Part shown: positions 25,651 to 37,649 of the stretch, in pieces
Position numbering within the stretch: position 1 is the stretch's first letter
Layout: each line of letters opens with the position of its first letter
Assembly (NCBI GenBank): GCA_030324005.1
Contig: JARDVH010000128.1
Location: forward strand, 35,685,589 to 35,749,588
Source: Negaprion brevirostris
Lineage: Eukaryota
DNA: 64,000 nucleotides
Reading direction: 5' to 3'
Made by a program: the position numbers and the translations under genes
The notes under the pieces: generated by a model
The model's input: only the letters and a program-made list of their open reading frames with translations
Told to the model about the DNA's origin: nothing
Database searches by the model: none

Positions 25651-25799
25651 CTGGTCTGTGGTACTTCGGCCTGGCAGGCTTGTGGTCATTGTTGCCAGTG
25701 TTTAATGGGACAGTAGTGCAAACCATGCAGAGCTCAAAAGAAACTGTACCAACTATCCAGACAAATGGGGAGATTCCTGGTTCTCTACCACTTTCACGG
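25651..25799 (+). CDS. SUN1: SUN1 exon (AGLWYFGLAGLWSLLPVFNGT...SLPLSR)
   Basis: ctttag| acceptor and |gtaatg donor. Phase fits, and the sequence continues the end of the transmembrane segment into the lumen. Confidence 0.9.
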
Positions 25800-25882
25800 G
25801 TAATGCTTCCAACAATAAGTCTTTGCATAGCATAGTTTGAAGCCTAAGTGCAATTTTGTCACTGTACGACTATCTATTTCAG

Positions 25883-26143
25883 AGTACTGGACACTCATTC
25901 GATTGGAGTCGTGTGACAGAGTTGGAAAAGCAGATTGCTGTGCTCAGTGACCAGTGTTCTCAGAGCTCCCTCATTTCAGATGAACGTTACAGTCAGCTTG
26001 CCAGTTTGTTTCAGAAGCTACAGGAACAAGTCGGGCAGGTGAATGACAAAGAAGCAATCATGGTCCTCATCAGAAACTTGATCAGACAGCATTCAACAGT
26101 GTTACAGGAAGAGGTGAAGCAGGGAGGAACTGATCTTCTCAAG
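25883..26143 (+). CDS. SUN1: SUN1 exon, luminal coiled coil (STGHSFDWSRVTELEKQIAVLSDQC...TDLLK)
   Basis: atttcag| acceptor and |gtaagt donor. Similar to SUN1 VEQQVASLSGQC...LLQKLQARVDQM. Confidence 0.92.
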
Positions 26144-28324
26144 GTAAGTTGTTGGAGTTTAAAAAAAGAAAGCAACAGCTGAGGTGACTAAACACATGTT
26201 GAGCTATGCAGATGTTGGGCACATCGGTATTGCATTAGCTTTGGAATATTAATTACTTTTCATTTCAATTAATGTGTTAAACTTTGCTTAATTCGTGCAT
26301 GAATTATCCTCTCGCTTGCAACCAGGTTTTAGCAAGTGTGCATCCTAATTGTAACCTCGGCCACAGGAGTAGTATAATTACCTCAAATTGTGGATTTAAA
26401 GGTCTGTCTCTGTGGGTAATTTTCTCTTACTGCCTGGTTTGAAACATATAAAAACTTGAATAAATTAGCATGTGGGTTATTTTTAACCATGGTTTTGATT
26501 TTGAACTGCTTTACATACTTGTGTGTACCTAGATTTGAGTGCGGATCAGTGATTGAGCTCATTTGGTAAGTGCCGGGGCTGTGTCATTGCAATGTTGCGT
26601 AGATGTGTCAGTGTTCATGCTTGGTAACAAGGTGATACTAAGTGCAACTACCTCACTTTCTTGGGAGAGCGGCGCCATAGTTGTGTTCATGTGCACAAGC
26701 ATGTTTTGTATCCCNNNNNNNNNNCCCTTTTTAAAAAAACTCTCTCCTTGTCGGGGTTGCATTATTAACAGGTGGAAGTCCTGTGATTTTTATATTGAGC
26801 AGTGTTGTTCCTTTAGAGTGAAATGGGGATTGGTGATGATTCAGATATTCCACCACACTTGTTGGTGCCATTAAGATGGCGAGTTTTGTTTTGAAATTGC
26901 CTTTGAATCTTTGCTGTTCTACAAACGTTACACTTCTGAAGGGGAAAAAAAACATTTTTTTAGCCTTCCTAAAGAAGGTGCCTGGGCACTTTGAGCACTC
27001 TAATGAGAAATTAGCTGCTATTTTGTTGAAAGTGAGTAGCTCTGGAAGCTTTTCTTTAGTTCAGGCACATTTGCAAGTAGAACTGATTCGGTTAAGAACT
27101 AAAACAATTTGGACATGTACTTGGTTGTCGGTCACAATTATGAATAGAGCTAACATGGGATCTTTCAGTTTGCAACAGTGGCGGTGCATTCAAAGCAACT
27201 AATTACATCATTGCCTAGCAGCCTTGAAAATGTCCAGCTAATTCCATAAATGGTTTCTACTACAGAGAGTCCATATCAAAGCTATGTTATTTTGATGTAC
27301 TTAAAATTGTTAAATTAGGACTGCTTTAATTGCTGGGGCAAAACACACTGTCTTTGCAATATATTGAGGCTTTTTTACTCCCAATGCATCAGGGATTTGA
27401 AGTTGCATTTACCAAGGTCACTCAACATAAACCACAATGTAAATTGGCTCCATAGCATTTGTATTTGACATTTATTTGCATGTGACATGACAGCCCAACT
27501 AAAATTGTCTTTTGCTACCTGCCAATTGATCCAGTTCAGAAGCTGTGTGGGATTCTTAAATATTCTGACCAAATAAAACAAATAGCCACGATGTTTTAAA
27601 TCAAAATGATGCATGTCAAGTGCAGTGATCCTTAAGCAGCAATAATCTCTAATTAAAATGAAAAATATGGAAACGCTCAGCAGGTAAGGCAACATGTGTG
27701 GAGGAAAAACCCTACTTAAAATTTCAGGTCATTGACCCTTGATCAGAACCTCTGTTTGATCGTGGAGAAAAGAAAATACTTTCCCTGCCTCGGGAATGTT
27801 TCTCCGACCATTTAATCCTTCCCCACAATTCAAGCAGTAATTCCTCACCAATACGCCTGTAAACAAACGATGCTTGGACAGCTGGTAGTTTGCTTACGTT
27901 TGGCAGAAAATTATTACTTTTCCAATCCAGTTTATTTTGCATTAATAAGTACTATCCAAATAGTTTAACCAGTATATATGCTGACCATTTTCCAAATACA
28001 GATATATGCTAGTGATCACAAGATTCTCTTCGGTGGACTTCTTAGATGTCATTCCTTCAGGTTACCAACCACAACATATCGTTAAATAACATATAATTGT
28101 TTGCACTTATAAGTGTGATTAATAGTTGAACTTTTTCTCCCAGACAACTCCTGGGAAAGGAGTTCATAATTGTTCATATTGGTTATAATATCTGTTCCTT
28201 TATGTAGTCTCATCTTCCATAGCTTTGGATGATTTGTTTTACTTATGTTAATCTTGTGTACAACAATTGGTTATCACTTTCAATAGACACATTTTGAAAA
28301 TATTTCTCTTTCTTCCCCCTCTAG

Positions 28325-28411
28325 AGTCAGTTTATGGCTTTACATCAGAAGCATGAATACCGAATTGCTGAACTGGAATTTCTGATTCAGAGTTTGTCTA
28401 ACAGATCAGAG
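28325..28411 (+). CDS. SUN1: SUN1 exon (SQFMALHQKHEYRIAELEFLIQSLSNRSE)
   Basis: Long polypyrimidine tract plus ctag|, donor |gtgtag. Matches TDFMAFHQEHEVRMSHLEDILGKLREKSE. Confidence 0.92.
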
Positions 28412-29829
28412 GTGTAGTAACATAATATAGTTGGTAATTGTAGAATTTTTAGCTACTTGCTGTTGGAGAGCCTTAAGTGAACAGTGTTGGTGCATTGGAT
28501 TCTTTGAATTTAGAAACTGATATTCTTGTATTTGAGTTAGCCAGCAAAAAAAAACCCTGGATTCTGTGGCAAGGTAACTAGCAAATCCTAAGTTTAAAAT
28601 ATTACTAAATCACACAAGCTACTCTATGGTGGTTCCCGATGTCATTAAAACATCTTTTGTTGCTGTGCAATATGTGCAACTTGTGCAGTATAATTACAGC
28701 TCATTTTCAACCCCAAGTGAGTTAAGTACACTTCTATTCATTTGTTGCAATCCAGGCAACTTGAGGGGTTCGAGCCAGAGCGATTGACCTCAGTAAAGAT
28801 TGACAGTATAGTGCAGAGTGTTGAGGTTCACTTATGCATGAGCCTTGGACAAGGCACAGTATCCATCGAGTCAACTGTCCTGAGGGAAAATGTCAAAATT
28901 GGAGAGCTCATTTTTTTGAGACTGTGATTAATCTTATAAGTTATTGTAGATTTGATTTATTGTCACATGTATCAGTGTACCATGAAAAGTATTGTTTCTT
29001 GTGCGCCATACAGACAAAGCATACCATACATAGAGATGGAAAGGAGACAGTGCAGAATGTAGTGTTACAGTCATAGCTAGTAGAGAAGGTAGGTAGCGCA
29101 ATGAGTGATCCTTTGTCATTTAGGTGAATGAAGTAGTTACTGACTGAAAAATTATGTTGATGGTAGGTCATTGAAATACCAGCTACTGGCATTGCATCAC
29201 ACAATTAGAATTGCATACCACAAATTTGCAGTAAAGGCCTATTTCCCCAGAAGATATGAGAAAACTTGTACGTCATACATTAGATATCCATATCTGTTTT
29301 TTACAGAGGCCAGCATGGAGTCATACCATTGAAGGGAGCTGCGTAAATGCTCATTAAAGGGATTACTTGGTGCACTGCTTGTTAATATAGTGGCAGATCT
29401 TCGATTAGTAGTGGCTTATGACTGTTGTAAAGAAGCTGATTTGTTTACATATGCTGGAGCACTTGAGGAATATTCTGACAGTGGACAAGCTTTTCAAAAC
29501 AGTATTGAGAAATTGAGGGCAGCATGGATATGTTTGTAAACTGGAGGCTAGATGTTTTACTGAGAACTAAGCTGACCTGAAGTATCCAAATGTTTTACTA
29601 AAGTAAATTTCATTTTCATTATTTACGCTGCAGACAGGGACGGTGTTCTTTTGGCTACCATTTAGAGAAAAGTATTATATTACTGAGAGTTAGTACAGTA
29701 TGGGCATCTTCATTCTGAGGGTTAGGTTTATGCAAAAAGAAAACTCAAACAAATGATCACTTCTCAAATGATCACCAGAAATATGCACACCATCATGATC
29801 TTTGCTGTGTGTTGATGCTCATAGAGAAA

Positions 29830-30243
29830 GTATAAGTGTACAAATTTCATATAGAATCACAGGAGGCCATTCGGCCCATCGAGTCTATACTGACCNNNNN
29901 NNNNNNNNNNNNNNNNNNNNNNNNNNNNNNNNNNNNNNNNNNNNNNNNNNNNNNNNNNNNNNNNNNNNNNNNNNNNNNNNNNNNNNNNNNNNNNNTGACA
30001 CTATTCTCCCTGAATCTGGCTTAGGGGTTCCACTCACATACACACAGGGCAGGGTAGGTGTAGGAGGATGCGACGGCGCGGGCTCGTTGGGCCGAAGGGC
30101 CTGTTTCCCGTGCTGGGTTGTTCTTTGTTCTTTGTTGTTCTTTGACGTAGAGAACGTGCAGACTTCACACAGACAGTCTAAATCAGGAATCGAATGTGGA
30201 TCCCTGGCGATGTGAGGTATCAGTGATAACCATTGTGCCACCC
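29830..30243. mobile_element. Composite of HE1-like SINE pieces across a 100-N gap
   Basis: Minus-strand SINE tail (atagaatc...ggccattcggcccatcgagtct) and head (...cattgtgccacc) surround a + strand SINE 3' part. Confidence 0.65.
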
Positions 30244-30709
30244 TATTGAAAAGACATTTATCAAAAAGCTGCTTAACAGCAGGTGTGAAAATTGTGGTTA
30301 ACTATAAATCTATTCAATGCACAATAAAGCTAGTTTAAATCTTGGGTGTTCTGTTACCAGTAACAATGCCACATACAGGGTATAATTATCTGTATAATTT
30401 CCTGCATGTGATGCTTTAACTGTTTGAGCTGTGAGACATTTTAGCTTGCACACCTGTATGCCAGCTAATTGACTTAGAATTGCTGAATTTTTTTGTCTCT
30501 TCTCTTGTGGAGTTCATGAAATTAGCTAAAGGTGATTCTTCAGAGAAATCACTGCAGTGTTGAAAGTTTTACTAAACTTTTAACTTGCACATTTTGTATT
30601 TAAACTAATTTTCTTCTCGCATCTACACAAGTTACTGTTGGAAATGCATTTTATTATTACATAGTTTAAAAAATAATTGGTTTGCAAAGTTAGTAAAATT
30701 GTATATTAA

Positions 30710-31060
30710 ACACAAGTAGGAGCGGGAGTTGGCCATATAGGTTCTTGAGTCTTTCCTGTTGTTCAGTAGGATCATGGCTGATCTGAACTTGGCTGTAGCT
30801 CTGTTTTCTTGCCCCTTCCCCATAATCTTTAAATCCCCTGTATTTCAAGGCTGACTCATCCCAGCCTTGTACATATTCAAAGACTTCAGACTCTGTCGGG
30901 TAGAGAATTCCAAAGATTCATGCGTATGTCAGGAATTTCCTCTTCTCCATCTTAAATTGATACAGTTGGAACTATGCCCCTTAGCCCTTGATTTTCCCCA
31001 AGAGGGGAATCATCTGGTCGGTATCAATCCTGTCAAACTCTCTTCAGAATCTAGCATGCT
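30710..31060 (-). mobile_element. CR1 LINE 3' end fragment
   Basis: aggagcgggagttggccat...gatcatggctgatct...gtagagaattccaaagattca pattern, shared with 44500-44880 and 57780-58100. Confidence 0.65.
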
Positions 31061-31065
31061 TCAAG

Positions 31066-31337
31066 GTGATGCATTTTGGTAGATTGAGCTAGGACAGGAC
31101 TTTTCAGTTAATGGTAGGGTACTGGGGAGAGTTAGAGAACAAAGAGATTTAGGGGTACATGTTCATAGCTCCTTGAAAGTGGATAGACAGAGTGGTGAAG
31201 AAGGCATTTGGCATGCTTGGTTTCATCAGTCAGAACATTGAATACAGGAGTTGGGACGGCTTGTTGAAGTTGTACAAGACGTTGGTAAGGCCACACTTAG
31301 AATACTGTGTGCAATTCTGGTCACCCTATTATAGAAA
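31066..31337 (+). mobile_element. CR1 LINE ORF2 fragment truncated by an N gap
   Basis: VKKAFGMLGFISQNIEYRSWDGLLKLYKTLVRPHLEYCVQFWSPYYR. Confidence 0.9.
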
Positions 31338-32204
31338 NNNNNNNNNNNNNNNNNNNNNNNNNNNNNNNNNNNNNNNNNNNNNNNNNNNNNNNNNNNNNNN
31401 NNNNNNNNNNNNNNNNNNNNNNNNNNNNNNNNNNNNNAAGGAAGGAAGACCTGAAGGCCTGGCTGGAATTGGAACTTTGAATCGTGATTACAGCTGGAGC
31501 TCATAATGTATAAATGCCCACTTGTGTTTGTGTTCTATGAGAAGTCTGGTAGTCCATTGTGAGGAACCAGTTTCTCCCAAAACTCTGGAATAAATGCCAG
31601 AGTTTTGAAATAAAAACCACTGTATTTTAACTCACTAACAGTCTCAGAGGTATTATTTTACCTACAACATGTGCATCCCCAGTTTTCATGGCTCCAAGAA
31701 TGGTGGCTGTTGTTGATTGTACACTAAGCAATTTCCTATTGAATATGTACGCTGACATTGTTAGAAAGTGTGAGCTTACGCAAGTGGCATCATTGGTAGC
31801 GTGGGCTTGCGCAGGTTGTTGTTGCCAAGAGGGATCTATTCTTGATGTACCATTTTGTTTTGTATTTCTGCAAATAAGGGTGATGAACTATTGCATCCTT
31901 TTTGTCAAGTTACTGGATCTTTTGGTGACACGGTAAAATTTGAGCCTCAGCTTGATGACACAAAGTTTTGCTTACTAGTTGGAACACTGAGTAGCTAATT
32001 TACACAACATGCAGTGGTTAGCAGTAAAGGTCAAAGACTCTGATCGGTGGTTCTGAGAATATGCTAAAGGTAGACAAGTCAGCAGCACCATGGCTATGTT
32101 TGGGCTATCAGTTTGTGGGGGAGGATGAGGACTAGACTGAGTATGTGGAAAAATTGGAACACTTTTTTTGGTGATTGTACTTGCAGGTAAGACTCAAAAG
32201 TTCA

Positions 32205-32757
32205 TGCATTTACCCTGCTAATGCCCTTGACATTAGGGTCAATTTAGCATGGCTAATCAACCTGACGTGCACATCTTTGGACTGTGGGAGAAAACCGGAG
32301 CACCCGGAGGAAATCCACGACGACGCGGTGAGAATGTGCAAATTCCACACAGACAGTGACCCAGGGCCAGAATTGAACTCAGGTCCTGGCACTGAGAGGA
32401 AGCTGTGCCAACCACTTTGCCACCATGTCGCCCTAAGTATTTACCAGAGTGTTATTAAGAGCAAGATAGTTGACTTACTCGTACAGCCATTCGGCCCATC
32501 GCGTCTGCACTGACCACAATTCCACCCAGATCCTATCCTCATATCCCCACGTATCCCCGGACACCAAGGTCAACTCAGCATGGCTGATCCATCTCGCACA
32601 TCTTTGGACTGTGGGAGAAAATTAGAGCACCTGGAGGAAACCCATGCAGCCACAGGGAGAATGTGCAAAATCCACACAATCAGTGACCTGAGGCTGGAAT
32701 TGAACCTGGGTCCCTGGTGCTGAGAGACAGCAGTGCTAACCACTGTGCCACCATGCC
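32205..32757 (-). mobile_element. Two tandem HE1/V-SINE-like copies
   Basis: Two reverse-complement copies of the SINE core (catctttggactgtgggagaaa...gagcacc.ggaggaaa.cca) and tRNA-like head, at about 32205-32432 and 32478-32757. Confidence 0.85.
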
Positions 32758-32900
32758 ACTATTAACATGAACACTCCAAAGTGCTTTTGTCCTCTGGCTG
32801 GTCTAAGGAATTGAAGCCAGTTATAATTTGAATACTATCAACATAGCTGTGAATTAAACTGACTGATGTGACAACAATGTGATTTGTATTTGTGTCCAAG

Positions 32901-33055
32901 CCTGTTGACAGAGAGGCTCTTATTTACCATTTGGATGGGGCGAACCATGCACAAGAAACTCAAGAACCAAGTGATTTTGAGGAACTACCTGATGAATTCT
33001 TCCAGGTTACCATAGATGATGTTAGAAAGCGTTTTGCTCAACTGAAAAGTGAAAG
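32901..33055 (+). CDS. ASPSCR1: ASPSCR1 (TUG/ASPL) exon embedded in a SUN1 intron (PVDREALIYHLDGANHAQETQEPSDFEELPDEFFQVTIDDVRKRFAQLKSER)
   Basis: tccaag| acceptor and AG|gtaat donor, open frame. Matches ASPSCR1 PVDREPVVCH...ELPDEFFELTVDDVRRRLAQLKSER. Confidence 0.92.
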
Positions 33056-34599
33056 GTAATCTAGGTTTTTTACCTCTGCTTGTCACTGTGTTTAAGAAAA
33101 ACAAGTATACTGATGTTGATATAACCTAATATAATCTCTCATTCAAATTTATAGTTATTGTGATGATCAGTCCTGTACGGAAGCTTTTGCAGTTTACTTA
33201 TTACTCGTCTTTGCCAGGCACCCAGTGGAGACACAACAGTTGAGGTTGATTCCCCGTTTACCTCTTGGGACAATTGCAGCGTTAAAAGCAATCCTGAGTG
33301 AAAGTGTCAACACCTGCCTTAGGTGGCGTTTTTACCGGGAGCCTGTTGTCAGCTGCCAGTAGATCATGCAGACAGTGTCCGTAGCTGGGTTTAGGTCCTG
33401 GTCCAGCATTGTGGTGTCGATATTGCACAATCCTTGCATCCCCCACCCCGCCTTAAAAAAAAGAGATTGGGCAGGTTCCAAGCAACATCGATGAAATTGC
33501 AACGATCACTCAGCATTAACTGCATATCAGGGAATCTCACTAATATCTGAATTCTGCAACAATGTGCAAACATAGCTAAATTAAACAGCAACACAACCAA
33601 TGTAAATATTAGAAGAAAATGTGGGGAGAGGGCTGGAATGTGGAACTGAGCCACGACAGATCAGCCATGATCTTATTGAATGGCGGGGCAGGCTCGAAGG
33701 GCTAGATGGCCTACTCCTCCTATTTCTTATTTTCTTATGTTCTAATGTTCCTAAATGGTTGAATTCTCCTGGAAATTAAGCAGTATCAGAATAAAGTTAG
33801 AGAATAATGGTTAGCACTGGCTAACATTTTTTTTTAAAGAATACTAGTTGGATTTTTACAGCAAATTTTGATAACTTTATTAATTTTTCTTAACAGCAAA
33901 GTCGTTAACTGATTTTATCTTTTTATGTTGGAAATCTGAATAGTAAGAAAAAGATTTGGGAAACAGAAAAATATTCTGATGGAAAAGCAAAATGTTTCAA
34001 AATCTGTTCCCAAAGTGGTTGTGGTCCTTGTTACTGGCCCATTTCACTGAGATGTGGCCGAGATTGGAAAGACACCAATTTTTGCTGTGATAGTTATCTC
34101 AAAATTTCTTGTTCGTATTGCTTTTCTTTGACTAGAGGAATAACACATCTAGAAATACAGAAAGTGCCATTCAGTTCATTCAACTCCCTCCTTATCTACA
34201 TCCCTTTTGGTCTGGGATCGATCACATTTGTTACAATTTCATTGGGTGTTAAATCATATTGATCTGGGACATGGTTTTCATAAAAAATTGAACTTTTCAT
34301 ATTATAGTTTTATTTTCTGTCACCATTAGATAGACACTTGTGGTCATGGATACTAAGCTTGTGTAGTCTCAATTTATATCCCAAGGCATACAACCTGATG
34401 TGTTGTTTGCAGTTATTCAAACTGATAGGAACACAGATTAGGGAGATGATAATGAATAGAACAGAAGAAAATCCCAAACTACTGAAGAAAACCATTTATC
34501 AACTCCAACACCTTGCAAAAGTGAAAGAAGGGTGTGTAGAGAAGAGGATTCGAACCATTAGTCACATCAGAATCTGTTATTCTCTTAGAATTGCAATGT

Positions 34600-34790
34600 A
34601 TATCTTTTTAAAAGACAAAATTGTACCCACCTCTACTACTACCCCTCGCAGCTTGTTCCAGACACTGACCACCCTCTGTGTGAAAAAATTTCCTCCCTGG
34701 ACCCTTTTGTATCTTCCCCTCTCACCTTTTAGTTTTAGACTCCCCTACCTTTGAGAAAAGATATTGACTATCTAACTGATCTATGCCCCA
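34600..34790 (-). mobile_element. CR1 LINE fragment, inverted relative to 35320-35520
   Basis: Reverse complement of part of the CR1 copy at 35151-35657. Confidence 0.8.
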
Positions 34791-35022
34791 AATTATGCCA
34801 AATTATTTGACTCTTGAATTAACAAATGACAATATGGTTTTATTTTGCCAAATGCTGGAACTAATCACTTATGAATGTGAGATAGTGAGAAGATCAAACT
34901 TTGATATAACGCTGCCTGGTTAGATAGCCTTCCTGTGGAATCCTATAGGTGCAAGGAGTCAACGTGACTGGGATGCGAGGTGAGGAACTTGCTAAGTATG
35001 TCTCATTTTTCTGTTTGCTCAG

Positions 35023-35104
35023 GCGACGTCTGGAAGAGGCTCCGTTGATGACAAAATCGATGAGAGACTCTCAATTGAAGGAAAAGACAGAGCGTTATCC
35101 AAAG
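35023..35104 (+). CDS. ASPSCR1: Next ASPSCR1 exon (RRLEEAPLMTKSMRDSQLKEKTERYPK)
   Basis: tttgctcag| acceptor and AAG|gtttg donor. Phase joins the previous exon. Matches ASPSCR1 KRLEEAPLVTKAFREAQIKEKLERYPK. Confidence 0.92.
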
Positions 35105-35150
35105 GTTTGTGAATGATCTGTTTCTTGAAAAATCACACATTAGTAATTAA

Positions 35151-35657
35151 CTGTCATAAAAAGGATATTATTAAACTGAAAAGATTGCAGAAGAGATTTA
35201 CTAGGATGCTACCAGAATTTGATGGTTTGAGTTGTAAGGAGAGGCTGGATAGACTGAGACTTTTTTCTCTGGAGCGTAGAAGGCTGAAGGGTGATCTTAT
35301 AGGGGTCTATAAAATAATGAGGGGCTTAGATCAGCTAGAAATTCAATAGCTTTTCCCAAAGGTAGGGGAGTCTAAAATTAGAGGGCATAGGTTTAAGGTG
35401 AGAGGGGAGAGATACAAAAGTGTCCAGAGGGGCAGTTTTTTCACAGAGGATGGTGAGTGTCTGGAACAAGCTGCTGGCGGTAGTAGTAGAGGCAGGTACA
35501 ATTTTATCTTTTAAAAAGCATTTAACATATGATGGGAATAGAGAGATATGGACCAAATGCAAGCAATTGGGATTAGCTTAGGGGCTTTCAAAAAAAAGCA
35601 AGATGGACAAGTTGGGCCAAAGGGCCTGTTTCCACGCTGTAAACTTCTGACTCTAGC
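35151..35657 (+). mobile_element. CR1 LINE 3' part
   Basis: KKDIIKLKRLQKRFTRMLPEFDGLSCKERLDRLRLFSLERRRLKGDLIGVYKIMRG, then a CR1 3' UTR and tail. Confidence 0.9.
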
Positions 35658-37380
35658 GTTTGAGAAGTGATCTTATTATAATGAGACAACTGCTTCATTG
35701 CAACAATCATTCTCAAGAACCTTCTCTAAGCTGCCTCTATTGTAGAGATATATCTCGTATGAAAAGAGACCAAAATTGTAGACTGTATTCTTGGTATGGT
35801 ATTGGAAACATGTCATACCGAGTAACCTTAGAAACTAATATCGAATTAATGATACAAAGGTGTTTTTGAAAGTTCCTCTGAACTTTATGAACCTGACTTG
35901 TGATCTATAGTGTGGGAGAATGTTCTGATGTAAAAAAAAATGTTTACCCCAATGTCTTTGCTTGTCCCCAGCCCTAGTTTACTTTATGATTTGCTGGAAC
36001 CAATGTTTCTCCACTAAACCTTGGGGTTGGGATGTGAGGGTTATTGAGACAAAGAACCTATTTTAGTTGCTGGTACATATTACACAAAATAAGTACACAT
36101 TTATTTAAAATTTGCATACTTTTTAAAGATTCTTACTCTTACTTTCTTTCTCTCCTGCCTTCCATACCCCAAGCAAATTTGAGTAATTGCCCTGCAAAAT
36201 CCTTTGTATTCCAATAACTCCATTTTGGACAATCTGATGTGCCTGGTGATATCTTATTTGCACAGTAATTGCTGGCTTCCAGTCTTACTTGAAGCTTTGC
36301 TGAACAGGAGTTTTATTGTTATGCATGGTGGAAAGCTTGTGTCTGGCTTGCCATCTGCTGTGACCATGATTTCAGTAACTTGCATCAGGTTTCAATGGCT
36401 AATTATTTAAGCCGGTTGAGCAGGTTACTGATAAGTTATTGATTTGTAACCGTGATTTCCCGCACATCAAAGTACTGAATAGCAGTTTCCAGTCTTTTCA
36501 TGGGCCTTGTGAGCAACAATTAAAATGAGCAGCTGTGTTTCTGTAACTCACCAGGTGGAAAAGATATGTTTGGCCAAGTGTAGTTGTGAAGGTTGTATGT
36601 CACAGCCAGATATGTTCCTGAGGATTTTGGCAACTGACCCTTCCTAACACATTCATAGGAGGGACAGTAGTCAGTGACTGACTGTTACACAGTAGTTTAT
36701 AGCTTGGTGAAAACCAGGGAAAGGTATTTATTTGTGTTTTTTGATCATTAATCATGCCAGAGTTGTGTACATAAAATGCATCTTTATATAAAATTTTGCC
36801 TCATGTGACTTGTATAAAGATGCGTTTTTGTCAAGTTAGCTCAAGGCTGTGCCAGACCTTTTGAAGGCGTCATCAAATTTGTCCCACTTCACTGTTCTTT
36901 ACCCACAGCCCAGCAAGTTCATCCAATTCCCTTTTGAAAGAGCAATTGAACTGCTTCCACTGCTCTTTCAAGCACTGCATTCCTGATCACCATAATACTA
37001 TTGCTGCATTTAAAAAAAACTCATCTCACCTCTTTTGCCGATGAATTTAAATCTGTCATTTTATTACCAGCACTCTCCTCAATGGAAACTGTGTACACTA
37101 TTAAAAACCTTCAGTTTTGAACACTTATTAAATCTCTTCTTGATTTCTGTTCTACAAACAAACTTAACTTCTCCAGTTTAACTATAAAACTGCAGCCCCT
37201 TGTAACAGGTACTAATCTTGAAGTCTATTTAAATTCCTCATCCTTTGAATATTGTGTCTCAATGTAATGAACAAAGTAACCTTTAATTGGAAGGTAAACG
37301 GGAACATGTTGGTGAAGAACACTATTTTTGATTGAAAGCTTTTCTTCTCAAGTAATTTTCCTTTATTTCTCAAACTGCAG

Positions 37381-37424
37381 GAAGTTTACAAAGAGGTTGA
37401 AAGTGCCAAGGCCAGCACTCTAAG
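37381..37424 (+). CDS. SUN1: SUN1 exon (EVYKEVESAKASTLS)
   Basis: ctgcag| acceptor and |gtacg donor. Corresponds to AIQKELEQTKQKTIS, phase 0-2. Confidence 0.88.
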
Positions 37425-37507
37425 GTACGATGCACCGTATTCCTCTTATCAGTTGTGCAGTGATTTCTCATTGGATACTATTTCAGATTTGTTTTTTCTT
37501 TCCCAAG

Positions 37508-37649
37508 CAATGACAATGAGGAACAATATCAACACCTCATGTCTGAACTCAAGAGACTGGATATAGAATTGTCCACCGTCAAGTCAGAGCTGTCAAATAT
37601 GCAAGAGCTAAAGGCATCCTGTGCGAAGATAGATGGGATACAAGGAAGT
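37508..37649 (+). CDS. SUN1: SUN1 exon (NDNEEQYQHLMSELKRLDIELSTVKSELSNMQELKASCAKIDGIQGS)
   Basis: Canonical splice sites. Matches LQLELDQLKSELSSW...KTGCETVDAVQ, including the luminal Cys. Confidence 0.92.

Noticed and set aside
28742-28927. 61-aa ORF after an acceptor-like site in the large SUN1 intron
   Set aside because: The frame required by the upstream exon stops after two codons, and I recognise no homology.
29307-29342. Potential 36-nt phase-0 micro-exon (RPAWSHTIEGSC)
   Set aside because: The donor context is weak, it has no counterpart in SUN1 proteins I know, and such sites are expected by chance in a 9-kb intron.
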